Assembly (NCBI GenBank): GCA_951406725.2
Contig: OX597825.1
Location: 80,228,001 to 80,292,000 of the forward strand
DNA: 64,000 bases
Reading direction: 5' to 3'
Source: Octopus vulgaris
Taxonomy: Eukaryota
In this document: positions 13,332 to 27,566 of the stretch, piece after piece
How positions within the stretch are numbered: the first letter of the stretch is position 1
How the letters are laid out: each line of letters opens with the position of its first letter
Translations under genes and position numbers: made by a program
Notes under the pieces: generated by a model
Told to the model about the DNA's origin: nothing
The model's database searches: none
Seen by the model: the letters and a program-made list of their open reading frames with translations, nothing else

Positions 13332-13580
13332 GTGAGTACTTCGTGTGTGTGTATGTGTGTGTGTGGAGAGGAGTCGAGGCCTCAAATAGCTGTAGTGTAT
13401 ATTTAAACTTATTTACAGTTAATTGATGGCGTATAGTGTTGTTTTTTTTTTTTGTTTCCATTTTTTTTTTATTGCAACAAAGTGGAGAGATAAACTTCCA
13501 CAGAAACTTTTTCCTGGTTTAAATCTTTTATATCTGCATTTTGTTTTTTTTGTTTGTTTTTTGTTGTTGCTGTTGTTTTT

Positions 13581-13963
13581 TTCTACTCTAGGCACAAGGC
13601 CCAAAGTTTTGGGGGGTAGGAGGCCAGTTGATTAAATCGACCCAGTATGCAACTGGTACTTTTATCGACCCCGAAAGGATGAACGGCAAAGTTGACCTCG
13701 GCAGAATTTGAACTCAGAACGTAAAGACAGAGGAAATACCTATTTCTTTACTATCCACAAGGGGCTAAACACAGAGAGGACAAACAAGGACAGACAAACA
13801 GATTGAGTCGATTACATCGACCTCAGTGCATAACTGGTACTTACTTAATCGACCCCGAAAGGATGAAAGGCAAAGTCAACCTTGGCGGAATTTGAACTCA
13901 GAACGTAGCAGCAGGCGAAATACCACTAAGCATTTTGCCCAACGTGCTAACGTTTCTGCCAGC
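13581..13963 (-). mobile_element. Family B SINE dimer/nest (LINE-tail copy joined to an older copy)
   Basis: Core gactttgcctttcatcctttcggggtcgat..gtaccag present twice; junction at 13740/13741. Confidence 0.85.
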
Positions 13964-15489
13964 TTATAAGTGAAAAGAAGCAGGGAAAAAGAAGACTGAC
14001 AAAGGTTGGTTGCCTGGACTGGAAACATTTGCCAACAGACAAAAATAATGGTTTCCAATTTAAGCACTACAATAAAGAATTTTGAGGGGAGGGGCATTAG
14101 TCAATGCCATAGAGGCTCCAGTATTTGACCCCAGTGAAATAAAAGCTAAAGTTGGCATCTGCAAGATTTGAACTCAGAATGTAAAGGGTCAGAACAAACA
14201 CCACAAAGCAGACCAGATAATACAACCACAATTAGATTAATTTCTGCACCTGGTCAAAAACATGATTAACACCTTTGTAATGGATTTAATATGAAAGTAA
14301 AAACTGAAGAATGGTGAGTGATCTGGTGCCTCTGTGGTTAGGACAAACCTTCTGGTAGCATTCTGCAGTTGTAGGCCTCTTTCCTGGAGTCAATTCTTTT
14401 CTATTGTCTTTGGAAGAAAGGTGTTCTGTTTCCTTGGTCTTCACATATTGAACTGTCAGGTTGCAGGACATGAAACATTATTGCTGCTGAACCAGTATTG
14501 GTGAGAAGAAATAAAGACAAGCATACACATGTAGCTAAGTGGTTAGTGTGTCCAGCTCACAATCATATTAGGGGTTGAATTCCTTGGCCAAATGAAACAT
14601 TGTGTCCTTAGGCAAGACACTTCATTTACTGTTGCTCTTGTTTACCAAGCTAAAAAGAAGAGTACCAGCAGCCTGCTGGTGCAGACCCAGCTCACTCCTT
14701 TCAGAAGTCACATCATCAGTGTGTCGGTGGGTCAAAGGGAAGGAAAGCCAGAGTGTCCAAGCCTGCTCATGACTATGTAAACACCGAAAACAATCAACGA
14801 ATGCATGGTGCACACTCCCAAGATGGGCTCACTAGTAATTGGCGAGTGGTACACCAGAGTTTGAAAAGGGCCATTCGGAAGGTATCCACAATGATGGGAA
14901 GATGATTTAAGTTAAATGATTTGGACCAAGATGAAAAAGAAGGACACAATCAATAAAAGAATTGAAAGCACATTGTATAACATCCCAAGTGGGTAAATAC
15001 AATCTATGAAACACACAAACACACACACACACACACATATATCGTTAATGGAATATATTCAATAAGAATACAATATACTGAATTTCTAATAAGTGCTCTT
15101 GGTAGGGAAATGTCTGAAACACTAAAGGTATTTAGACATTTAATACACACACACAGTTTTCTTTCTTTCACTGGTTTCAGTCATTTGACTGTGACCATGC
15201 TGACATAAACACACCAACATTTGGTTGCCAAGCAAATATATACATGTGTATATATATATATACATACACACACACACACAACGGACTTCTTTCAGTTTCC
15301 GCCTACCAAATCCACTCATACGGCTTTGGTCAGCCTGAGGCTATAGTAGAAGACACTTGCCCAAGGTGCCATGCAGTGGGACTGAACCCGGGACCATGTG
15401 GTTGGTAAGCAAGCTACTTAACACACAGCCACTCCTGCACTTATATATATATATATATGTGTATATATATATATACTTATATATATATG

Positions 15490-15521
<32 letters not shown>

Positions 15522-17107
15522 CACACACGCACGCGCACACACACACACACACACATACATATGAAGCAGTATGTTGATATGTAAACATGCTCCTCTCTAG
15601 TAAGTGTTGTGTGTGTGAAAGAAAGAGACACAGAATGAAGGAGAGAAAAAGGGAGAAAGGAGAGAGATGAGGAGGGGGTGAGTAAGTGAAGGTAACAAGT
15701 CCTGGTTTTTGGTTTTTTTGTTTTTTGTGCGAATGTATGTAAGAACATGTGTAGTCAATGAAAGATTATGAAATAAGGTCAATTTTTCAGAAAGATACAC
15801 AATTATATTTAATCCATGTCTGCGAGAAAATGTCAGGAGAAATGGTCCACAGACAGACAAGAGAGAGAAGTGGGTGGCTGGGAAAATGGAGACAGACAGA
15901 CAAAGAGACAAGGAAGGGCAGAGAGGCGAGACAAGCGCCTACTTCAGTCAAATAATAAAAATCTTTTAACTAAAAACCTCTCAAGTCCTTATCTGGTTGG
16001 AATCTACAATAGGCCATATTTGTGTTGTTATGTGATACAGTACAGAGGTAGAAATATTTAAAAGTTTGAGATGTGTGACTGCAAAAGGAAGAAGAAGAAG
16101 AAGAAGAAGAATGCTGGCTGTAAAAAGAAATAAAAATAAACATTGGTAAAAGGAAGTAAAATAAATAGGAAAAAAAAAGGTGGGAAAGGACAAAATGTTT
16201 TTATATCAAACAAAATAGCAAAATGTCTGATTTGGAAAGGTTTGAGGTTTTTTTTTTTTTTGTTTTGAGCCCTCACTACAAAAAAAAAAGGAAGCAAAAA
16301 ACAAAAAGACTTTGGTGTAGGTATGACTGAGTGATTTTTCAACCTTCTATGAGTTAAGTTCAAATCTAAGATCAACTTTGTCCTTTTTTAGGGTCAATAA
16401 ATAAATACCAGTCATGTACTGGGGTTGATCCGTCTTTCTCTCACTGTATTTTCCTTTTTGTCTTTGCCTTTTTCAAGAAGAAATCAGCTGTGGTCGATGT
16501 GGAGAGAGACGGGTTCTGCCAAGTCTAACAAATGTCCAAGTCTAACATTACCACTTTGATTCCATCCAGAAGCTGAAAGTACAGGGCAAGGCCAGGTACA
16601 CAGCAGATGGTTAAATAAAGCCCTGATAAGTATATATCTGTCTTGTAATCAACCAACTCAGGTTAGGTTAGCTTCATGACTCTTGCTTCCAGCAGAGACT
16701 ACGGCATTCTGTGAACATCAGATAAACCTGCCAGCTGTGAGGTACAACTCCATCCAACTGAAACCCACTTCTGATCCACCTAACCTTTCCTTCATCTTCT
16801 GCTGCATCTCACTCCACCAGACACCTCCTCCCATAATAAAAATACTTTATGTAATCCATCTTCTTCCTTTCTCTCAATGACCACCTCTCCTTAAACCACA
16901 ATAATTTGCAAAAGTTGAAACTAAGCATAAGCCTTATCCAGTCATTCCAAGCTCACCACAAAATAGGGGTGTTTAAGGGATCTAGATGCTAACTCTTTGG
17001 AGGCAAATGTATTGTTTTGAGGGAGCAACTGGCCTTGTGCAAGTTTAAGAAAACTTCAGGCACAGGTTTCCCTTGATTTTTAGCATCTGTATCATATGTT
17101 GAACACT

Positions 17108-17197
17108 ATGGTTGATGCAAAAGATTCATTGAAAAAATTCAATGATAGAATAAAGGCATGTGTCAGTGTGGGTGGCAAACTCCTTGAACACCTACTG
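17108..17197 (+). mobile_element. Tc1/mariner transposase C-terminal relic
   Basis: MVDAKDSLKKFNDRIKACVSVGGKLLEHLL resembles the R..ACI...GGHFEHLL end motif. Confidence 0.5.
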
Positions 17198-17808
17198 CAA
17201 GAGGCACCCATTATTAATACATTTGTGTAAAAGAGTGAAAGTTCCTAACATGACTGAACAGCCACATCTGCACTGGTCATATTTAAGAGAACAACCAAGC
17301 AAAGCCATTGATCAAAATCAAGTTACAGTCATATAGACAATTATGCGTGCGTGTGTGTGTGTGTGCACGTGTACATAAGAAACTTTCTTCTGTGTTGGTT
17401 GCATGTATGTTTGTATGTATCAACATCCTCGTTATCATCGTCATTTAATATCCGCTTTCCATGCTGGCATGGGTCGGACAGTTTGACTGAGGACTGGCAA
17501 GCCAGAAGGCTGCACCAGGCCCCAACCTGATCTGGCAAAGTTTCTACAGCTGGATGCCCTTCCTAACACCAATGTATGTATGTGTGCATAAAGAACAAGT
17601 TTCTTTCAGGTTACAGCTACCAAATTTACTCACAAGGCTTCAGTCAGTCTAGAAATACAGAAGATACTTGCTCAAGGTGCCAGGCAGGAGGACAGAACCT
17701 GAAATCACATGGTTGGGAAGTCAATTTCTTGACTACACAGTTATACCTAGACTATGTCAAAGTGCAGATAAAAAATTTCCTTTCTTAAAACATGAAGTGG
17801 TTAAGGCG

Positions 17809-17872
17809 ACCTGCCTGGGGTAAAGCACTATGTGGTTGGTACCTGCCTGGAGTGAAGCACTATGTGGTTGGT
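17809..17872. repeat. 32-bp tandem duplication
   Basis: acctgcctgg(g/a)gt(a/g)aagcactatgtggttggt twice. Confidence 0.9.
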
Positions 17873-18226
17873 AAGTTAAGTCAATAAGGCATAAACATCC
17901 ACTGGACATTTAATTCTAGTTTATCTTATCAGAGGTGAATTGTGTCAGAAAGTTCAAGTAGCTAAAAGGTGGTACGAGGGTTAAATAGAATAAAATCTCT
18001 CTCTCTCTCTCTGCAGACATAACACAAGAATAGGGACAGAGGAGAGAGGGGGACAGGTAAGTTCACAAAAGGATGCAGGGAGAGCAACAGATGGCTGGGA
18101 GCAAGGGCTTGGATCACAGAGAACATCTTTTATTCTTTGTTTCAGTCATTGGACTGTGGCCATGCTGGGGCACAGCCTTGAAGGGTTTTAGTCAAAGAAA
18201 TTAACCCCAGGACTTTTTTTTTTTAA

Positions 18227-18388
18227 CCCTTTAGCATTCAGATTGTTCTGTCAAATATAAGACCTATTCATTCATTTGGGATTGTTTGTTCTGACATTGT
18301 AGGGTAGGTGTGAGAAGCCAAATCAGCTTAGTTTAAACATAAAAGAAGAATATTTGGGCCAGATATGGTTAGATTAAATGCTAAAGAG
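18227..18388. mobile_element. piggyBac-type MITE nested in a family A SINE
   Basis: TTAA on both flanks; SINE A sequence resumes on both sides. Confidence 0.75.
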
Positions 18389-18993
18389 TTAAAGACTTGT
18401 ACTTTAGTCTATTGGCCCCTTTTGCTGAACTTCTAAGTCATGGGGACACCAGTTGCCAAGTGGTGGGTGAGGACAAACACACACACAACAGGCTTCAACC
18501 CATCTCTACCTACGAAATTAACACTCAAGGCATTGGTCAGGCTGGAGCTATAGAAGACACTTGCCCAAGATGTCACACAGTGGAACAGAACCTCAACGCA
18601 CATGGTTGTAGAGCAACCTTCTTAACCACACAGCCATAATGTAAACATTACCAGTCATATAATGGTTAACCGTCCAGTGTTGAAGGAATGAAAATGGAAG
18701 AATAACAACCGAGACATGGAGATATCAATCTGGAAAGCTGAGAGGAAGGAGACAGATATGGGGATCAATGAACAATCTTCGTTAAAATGTTTATCAGTTC
18801 TTAGTAAAGAGGATCACAAATATAGTTATTGTATCTCAAAAACAACTTTGTTTTCAATCATAATCCGCATGGAAACAGCTGGCATGATTGGTTGGCCTTT
18901 AAACAGCTTCTATATCAACTATTTAATGAACCTAATCTTTTAACAACATGTTAAGCATATCACAGTGTGTGTATGTATGTGTATGTATATGTA

Positions 18994-19031
<38 letters not shown>

Positions 19032-19608
19032 CATACATATACATATATACATACACATACATACATACATATATATATGTGTGTGTATGTATATATACAT
19101 ATATATAAAAGGTGTCATTTAAGGATTGTTCAGAAGCTATTAGTCTGTTGCAGGGTGGGGAATGGACTAAAAATATTTTAGAATCCAGAGAGATAAAAGT
19201 GTGACCTGTAGAATGTAGTTTATGTCTACTGTCTATGTTTATCTCGGTAGAACATTAAATGAAGAAGAAAAAAGAAAAGCACTTAACTACATCTATTTAT
19301 ATGTAAACTATTGATTTCATTTTGATTAGGTCATGGGAGCAATTTATTCAGGAGAAGGGCTTCATAAAGTGAAATGACCCTTGATTCACAGTGTATCATA
19401 ATGATAATAATTGCTTCAAATTTTGGCTTGTTTTAGAGGGACAGTCAATGACATAACCCCGCCATACAGTACTTGACTGGTACTTAATATACGGCCCTGA
19501 AAGGATGACAGGCAAAGTTGGTCCCAACAGAATTTGAACCCCGAATGTAAAGGCACACAAATACTGCCCAGCACTTTGTCCCGGGTGCTAATGATTCTGT
19601 CAACTGGC

Positions 19609-20124
19609 TTTTATTCTTTTACATGTTTCAGTCATTTGACTGTGGCCATGCTGGAGTACCGCCTTAAAGGGTTTTAGTCGGAGAAATCGACCCCCCAGGA
19701 CTTATTCTTTGTAAGCCTGGTACTTATTCCATTGGTCTCTTTTGCCGAACCACTAAGTTATCGACCGCCAGGACTTATTCTTTGTAAGCCTAGTACTTAT
19801 TCTACCGGTCCCTTTTGCCGAACCACTAAGTTACAGAGACGTAAACATACCAACATCGGTTGTCAAGCGATGGTGGAAGGGACAAACACAGACATACAAG
19901 AATATACACATATATAAATATATATATATTCTTTTATTTGTTTCTGTCATTTGACTACAGCCATGCTGGAGCATCACCTTTAGTCCAAATTGACCCTAGA
20001 ACTTATTCTTTGTAAGTCTGGTACTTATTCTATCGGTCGCTTTTGCTGAAGCACTAGGTAAGGGAGATGTAAACAAACCAACAGCAGTTGACAAGCGATG
20101 GTGGGGGGACAAACAGTCATACAA

Positions 20125-20181
<57 letters not shown>

Positions 20182-20352
20182 ATGTATGTATGTATATACA
20201 CATGATGGGCTTCTTTCAGTTATCCACTCACAAAGCTTTGGTCAGCTCAAGGCTATAGTAAAAGACACTTGCCCAAGGTGCCACTCAGTAGGACTGAACC
20301 CAGAACCATGTGGTTGGGAAGAAAGCTTCTTACCACACAGCCACACCTGCAT
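19609..20352 (-). mobile_element. Tandem family A SINE copies with internal duplication
   Basis: Segment aggacttattctttgtaag..gccgaaccactaagtta is repeated. Confidence 0.85.
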
Positions 20353-20584
20353 CTATAATAATGATGAATTTTTGTTTCTGTTACCATATTTCTGTTGAAA
20401 CACACAACCTCTCATTTGAAAATAAAGAATTCAATAAAGCAACTGATGTTTGAAACAGATTAACATGGAAATTTTTATGGAAAATTTTAAAATCTGGATC
20501 ATTTTAAAACAAGGAGTTTGTATCGTAAAAGTAAGTTTCAGGTAGGTTAGTATCAAAAGAAATACATAAAAATTACTTGCAGTA

Positions 20585-20867
20585 GAGAGGGGGGGAGCAG
20601 GCAGAGATACACACACACCGGCACAGACAGAAACAGAGAAGGAGAGAGAGAGACAGACAGACAAAAAGAGACACACACACACACAGAGAAAGAGAGAGAC
20701 AGACACACACACAGGCATAGACAGAGACAGAGAAGGAGAGAGACAAAGAGACAGAGAGAAAGAAAAAGAAACAGACAGACAGATAAAAAGACAAAGAGAG
20801 AGAGACACACACACACACAGGCACAGAAAGAGACAGAGAAAGAGAACAGAGAGAGAAATAGAGAGAG

Positions 20868-20898
<31 letters not shown>

Positions 20899-20970
20899 TA
20901 GGCACAGAGAGAGAGATAAAGAAAGAGACAGACAGACAGAGAGAAAAAGACAGACACAGAGAGAGAAAGC
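20585..20970. repeat. GA/CA-rich compound microsatellite
   Basis: Direct inspection; source of spurious Leu/Ser/Val/Cys-rich ORFs. Confidence 0.9.
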
Positions 20971-22070
20971 AAATGAATTTACCTGGGGAAAGATAGATTT
21001 CTTGAGCCATAGGGGAAAGTTTGATACCCTCATTGACTGGTCAGCAGTATTTTCACTGACAACTCATAAAATAAAAATGAAACCTCTACAGGTAAATGAC
21101 AACAATTGTAGTCGTTAAGACTGCTCGTTAAGACTGTTGCAAATGGGGCATATTTTGGAACAAAAGCTGCCAAGCAAGATGTGTTTTATAACAAAGGTAT
21201 TTATTGGTGTGTTTGAGAAAATAGCTGACTGTGGGTGGCAATAATTTCCGGGTCAATCGATAACAGAATAAATAAGCTTTCGGAATCAAAGAGAAGAAAA
21301 GGAGGGTGAGAAAATAGAGGAGAGGCGGGGGTGGGGGGAGAAACCAGTTTCAGACAGTACAATTCTAAATTAGATCTACTCTTATGGCACTGACCCTGAA
21401 AATGCAGACAACAAAGGAACGTGGGGGTGCATAAATAGAAAGCTAATGTCTTTTATGAATGATTGAATATAGACCAGAGACACACGTGACTGCACAGCAT
21501 ATGTAGTCATAAACTGGTGAACAATGATGTATAAAAGGAGGCGGAAGGTGTGTTTTATAAATACCTACATATATACACATACTACAAAACACCAAAATAT
21601 ACAAAAAAAAAACTTCTTTTTTTTTTTTTAAGTTACTGGTTTCACCTGGCAATTTTATGGTTGTAGTGCACATTTGTCCATCACGTGAACCAGATCTATA
21701 AAACGTCATTAAAATATTTGCAACACAAAGGTGGTTAGACAATTGTGGAGTACATTACTTAAACATAGAAGAGACCTGCTAGAAATAACAGGTTAATTTA
21801 CATCTAATCACATAATACTTGTCATCATCGTCATCATCTGTTTTCCATGCTGGCCTAGGTTTGACAGGTGCTGGCAAGCCAGAGAGCTAGATCAGGTCTC
21901 GATTGTCTATGTTTGACAAGGTTTCTACAGCTGGATACCCTTTCCAATGCCAACCATTTTACAGGGTACACTGGGTGCTTTTTATGTGGCAACAGTGCCA
22001 CTGTTTTCTGTGTGGCATCAGCACAGGGGCCAGGGATGGCATGACAAGACATTTGGTTATTGGTCTACTT

Positions 22071-22338
22071 CAGTGGTTCCCAAAGTGGGCAGTACTGCCC
22101 CTGCTGTGGCCAGCAGAAAGATCAAGAGGGGCTTTGAAGAAAAGTGGGGCAATAATAGGGCCGCCAAAAGGGGGCAATGGATGTAAACCCACTCATCCCA
22201 CCGCCCCAAAAAAATGGGTTAAAGTTTTATTTGTGTTGTTTTGAATTTGCTGCAGAAAGAGGTCTACGTTTGTGGGGGAGGGGAATGTGGCTCAAGTGTC
22301 AAGGGAGTGGCAGGCCCAAAAAAGTTTGGGAACTACTG
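22071..22338. mobile_element. hAT (Charlie-like) MITE
   Basis: TIR cagtggttcccaaa / tttgggaactactg; imperfect 8-bp flanks gtctactt / gcctactc. Confidence 0.75.
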
Positions 22339-23177
22339 GCCTACTCAATTAGGGTTGAACTAGGGCCAAACAACTTTACAACATATATTGTAGAATCACT
22401 GTGTGTGTGTGTGTGTGTGTGCGTGTGTGTGCGTGCGTGTGTGTGAGTGCGTGGTTGTGCATAATAATGGTTTCAAATTTTGGCACAAGGTGCTAGCTGG
22501 TTATATATCCTTATATACATCATGTTTGACAACACATCCATGCAGGTATGGCTGTGCTCTTAAGACATTCTCTTTCCATCCACATGATTTCAAGTCCCGT
22601 TCCACTACCATAGCCTTGGGCCACTGAGAGGCTTGTGAGTGGATGTGGTAGATGGAAACTGAAAGAAGCCTATCATATGAGTATATGTGTGTTTGTGTCT
22701 CCTTATCTGAACAGCAATAGTTGTAAATGAGCCTCACTGTCATTCAAATGGTATCATTGATTTTTTTCCATCTTCAGAGAAAACATCTCCATCCATGGAG
22801 ATATATTACCTGACTCGAAAAACAGGTGAGTGTTTGGTGGCAGAAAAGGTTTTATGGCTGTAGACAATTTGCTACAATGAACAAACATAGAACAAACAGC
22901 AGATGTTAAACTCATGATGATGACAATGTTCAACAACCACTTTTTCCATGGTTGCTCTGCCTGCTTGAAAGAACAGCCAAAATTCCCTTACATCACTCCC
23001 TACTACCTAAAAAAAAAAAACCCAAACACATTAGGAAGCCTGTGGAATGTCTTTGATCATAGTTCTGCTAAATCAAATACAACCTGAGGCTAAGTAACAA
23101 TAACATAGCTATGTATTAGAAGGATATAACTCCAAATTGAAGTATAAAAGCAGTTTTCAAATAGAAAATCCTTAAAT

Positions 23178-23560
23178 AGGCATAGGAATGGCTGTGTTGT
23201 AAGTAGCTTGCTTACCAACCACATGGCACCTTGGGCAAGTGTCTTCTACTATAGCCTCGGGCCGACCAAAGCCTTGTGAGTGGATTTGGTAGACGGAAAC
23301 TGAAAGAAGCCGTCTTATATATGCATATATATATATATATGTATGTATGTGTGTGTGTATATGTTTGAGTGTCTGTGTCCCTACCAACATTGCTTGACAA
23401 CCGATGCTGGTGTGTTTACATCCACAAACTTAGCAGTTCGGCAAAAGAGACCGATAGAATAAGTACTAAGCTTACAAAGAATAAGTCCTGGGGTTGATTT
23501 GCTCCATGGTCCAGCATGGCCACAGTCAAATGACTGAAACAAGTAAAATAGAGAGAGAGT
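23178..23560 (+). mobile_element. Family A SINE
   Basis: Match to the reference copy with small deletions. Confidence 0.85.
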
Positions 23561-23869
23561 AAATAAGATTTCACCCAAGTAACACCCTTACAATTGAATA
23601 AACACATAAAAAGGATGTTGTTATGTGGTTATTATACAACTGTGTGAAACAGATATAATTCTGTCTCAGTCTTCCTAGCTAACAACAGGTTCCACTCCCT
23701 TTCAAGGTTGAATGGTTAGCTCAGGAAGAAGCATTCAAACGTAAAAAATTAATAAATAAGTAAAATAGCTTAACCATGAAGAGATAATCATATTTTCTTT
23801 GATGAATAAACGAAAGATACATTTTTATTTGTGAAAAGTCAACTTATTGATTAAATTCTGTTTACCTTA

Positions 23870-23906
<37 letters not shown>

Positions 23907-23909
23907 GAT

Positions 23910-24105
23910 AGTGATCTGACTGAATCGTCAGCAGTATTTCCTCTGACCTTCTGTTCTGAGTTCAAATGCTGCTACAGTTGACTTTAGCTTTCATCCTTCA
24001 GGGATTAATAAAATAAGTACCAGTTGAATACTGGGGTTGATATAATCGACTTGATCCCTCCCCTAAAATTGCTGGCCTTGAGCCAAAATTTGAAACCATT
24101 ATTAT

Positions 24106-24137
<32 letters not shown>

Positions 24138-24505
24138 AGGTGGCAAACTGGCAGAATCATTAGCACCTGTCACTGCGTTCTGAGATGCCAAGGTCAACTT
24201 CACCTTTTATCCTTTCAGGGTTGATACAATAAATACCAGTTGAGCACTGGGGACCCCCAAATTTCAGGCTTTATGCTTATAATAGAAAGGATTATTATTA
24301 TTATTATTATTCAATTAGTAAGCTGGCAGAATCATTAGGGCATTGGACAAAACACTTAGTGATATTTCTTCTGGCTCCTTATGTTCTGAGTTCAAATTTC
24401 ACTGAGGTCAATAAAAGCACCAATCAAGTGCTGGGGTCAATGAAATCAACCAAACCCACTCCTCTTGAAAATTGTTGGCCCATGCCGAAATTAGGAAGAA
24501 TTATT
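23910..24505 (+). mobile_element. Cluster of three decayed family B SINEs separated by (ATT)n
   Basis: gttctgag and cctttcagg..accag motifs recur. Confidence 0.75.
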
Positions 24506-24785
24506 CTTTTTATTGGTTCCTTTGGTCACAGTGAATGAGGAGGGATCTCATGAAAATGGGGATTGACTGGAATTCTGCTCAACAGCTTGCTCTGAAGGAC
24601 CAGGGAATATACAGAGAAATAGTGAATGCAACAATGCATGACCCCACATTTGACCCGACCTGACCTGACTAACATTTTATACTAATTTATGTTCCAAACA
24701 CTAGCTTAACAATGACAAAGCTATTCTATTAAATCCATCCTCTATTTCAAAACTAATTGAAACAAAGGCTGTGTATCTCAACAGT

Positions 24786-25110
24786 GAAGGTCCGTGGCTT
24801 AGTGGTTAGGGTGTTTGGTTTGCAATCATAAAGTCGTGAGTTCAATTCCTATCGGTGTGTTGTGTCCTTGAGCGAGACAGTTTATTTCACGTTACTCCAC
24901 TCCACTCAGCTGGCAAAAATGAGTTGTATTTGTAACTAAAAGGGGCCATCCTTATCACATTCTGTGTCGTGCTGAATCTCCCTGAGAACTACATTAAGGG
25001 TACACGTGTCTATGGGGTGCTCAGCCACTTGATCATTAATTTCACGACCAAGTTGTTCCGTTGATTAGATCCACTGGTACACTCTTCGTCATTACCAATG
25101 GAGGGCCACA
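24786..25110 (+). mobile_element. Family D tRNA-derived SINE
   Basis: A box TGGCTTAGTGG, B box GAGTTCAATTCC, core tgtgtccttgagcgagac; partial minus copy at about 28835-29012. Confidence 0.75.
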
Positions 25111-25395
25111 CTAAATAAAGGGCTTTCAAGCTAACAAGTCCTTTGTCAGACATTGTTTTCTTAATCTATATAAAAGAAAACCTGGTCAGTAATAAGAGAA
25201 CCTTATGTCATATACCTTCCATTTTATTATCAAAGGGCCAACATGGAAAACTGAATTTTGAAAGTGATATAAATTTAAATCCTCCACAAAATTTTGTGTT
25301 AATTTATATGTTCCAGACACCAGCTTTATAAAAACAAAGTTATTTTACTAAATTCATTGTTTTTAAAATTAATTGAAACAAAGACAGAGCATTTC

Positions 25396-25676
25396 GTTTT
25401 TGGATTTGGTTTGCAAGATTCTTTATGTGAGTTCCTGTGTTGAAGCATATTCTGTTGTGTCTGGAGACTCATTCTCTTTTAGTGCCTTAACATATTCATC
25501 AGTAAAATTTCCACAAAGTTTTCGTTGTGTCTTGCAACTTTTTCAATAGTTATTGAAAAGGTTGTAAGACACAACGAAAAAATTTTTTAAATAAAGAAGG
25601 AGTGGAAATTTTACCGATGAGTGCGTTAAATTATAAGGCACTAAAAGAGATTGACTCTCCCCAGACACAACAAAAA
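25396..25676. mobile_element. Asymmetric palindromic insertion with 12-bp TSD (Penelope-like architecture)
   Basis: Inverted arms around 25549-25550; acagagcatttc at 25384-25395 and 25677-25688. Confidence 0.65.
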
Positions 25677-27179
25677 ACAGAGCATTTCAACAGAAAATAT
25701 GTTAACAAGAATTAATCCCATATCTTCAACGCATGTCATATGTGTATCTAGTAGCTTATTGATTATACAAATTAAAGTTTTAAAGTTGTTTGTGTCCTCA
25801 ATAACTAGACACTCCTTGCTACACCATTTCTGCACTCTATAGCCATTTAAAGCCAGTGAATGAGTGCTCAAAATGATTATAATGGCAACACATGTACTTG
25901 GTCCACATAACAGCTTTTAAATTTAGCATTCAGAAAATATTTATTCATCAAATTAGTGTTTTTCAATCATTGCATTTACTGCCTCACCTATTTCCTACCA
26001 CTCACCCCGCCCTTATGCATTCTTGCAACTTCCACCCACCCACTCATGTACCTCATCACCATTATTTTAATCTCTTCTCTGCTCCATCCCATTACTCCTG
26101 GTCTCTCTTCTAAAATGTGAGTAGCCATGTAGCTACTCTGCAGCAAGAAACTTGTTCTAATCTGGCCCCTTTTCTCATGCTTTTATTTTTCATCTCCTAG
26201 CATAAAACCCACCTATCTCAGGGTTTATTGTATTGCAAGTCACATAGCAACCTCAGTGGTGCTAGGGGAGCACAACAGAAACACACCCATTTCATGCTGT
26301 AAAGCAGTTGGTGTTGGGAAGGGCATCCAGCCATGAAAACCTATGCCAAAGCAAACACTGGACAACAATGCAGAACTTGAGACTCGTTAGCTCCTGTCAA
26401 CCTGTTCAACCCATGTCAGAATGGAACATAACATTAAATGATGAAGATGATGAGCAAAGAATCTGTGATGAATTTTATGTTGTTTCAGAACAACTTCTAA
26501 TCAAGTAGGTGAGAGCCTGCTACTTTAGTACAGCTACTTCATCAGGGTACAGCCCTATATAGTGCAGCCCCTTATTTTTCCTTAGGTTCAGCTCTATGAA
26601 GTTGTATAGTCTTCTTTAATTGGACAGTTTATAAATGAGCAGCATACATTAACTTACCCCTGAGAAAATGAGAGATCCCTTCATCCCTATTAATTCTAAA
26701 GGAAACATTTAAAAAAGTTTTTATTTAGCCAGGATAGAAGGCAGTACCCATGGTCTTTTACAGGGTCTACAAGACTGGAGGGAGGGAAGGAGGAATGGAG
26801 AAAGGCATCATCAAAGCCTGAGGTTTGCTCTGAAGGCTTGTAACAGAGTGGACTCCATTAACGGTGCCATGTCAGCACTATCGTACTAAAATGAGGGAGT
26901 AGATAGTTACTCCTGATGAAATTTTGGACAAAAGTTGTTGTTGTCATGTTTAGAACACCTCACAGTTCAATCTCTAACCTTTGACAATCTGACACAATAC
27001 CTCACCTTTGACCTCCCGGCCTTTGACCTCACCCTTTGATATTCCATAACAATCTCTCGTCCTTGAAATTCCAGTTCCTTACCTCACCCCCATAACAATT
27101 ATCAATAAAAATCTTCGATGGATTGGATCCAGTTGTAACCTAGATCTTTATTGTGACTCCCATCTCTATATATTAGTTA

Positions 27180-27566
27180 CAGTAGAACCTCGAAGTACGA
27201 GTGTACCATTGTATGACTAATTCGGTGTATGAGCCGAGGCCCTTGAGAATTTTTGTCTTAAAGTACGATAGGAAACCCGCAGTCTGGGCACCTAAATCGT
27301 CCCATCTTCAAGGTAATCCAGTTAATAAAACCAGTTAACATATTTCTTTTGCAATCTCTATTTTCATAATTGTCATTTTATTTGTTAACTACACCTCTTC
27401 TGTTTTAAAACCCATGAAACACTATTTTTGAGTGGTTTTTGGGGGCTGGAATGGATTAATTATATTTTAATGAATTTCAATGGGGAAAATTGATTTGCAA
27501 AACAAGTAGATCATAAGACGAGCTCGGTCATGGAACGAATTAAACTCATACAGTGAGGTATCATTG
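27180..27566. mobile_element. Tigger/pogo-like MITE
   Basis: TA|cagtagaacctcg ... tgaggtatcattg|TA degenerate TIR. Confidence 0.6.

Noticed and set aside
20431-21033. Overlapping 139-200 aa ORFs
   Set aside because: Microsatellite read-through in all three frames
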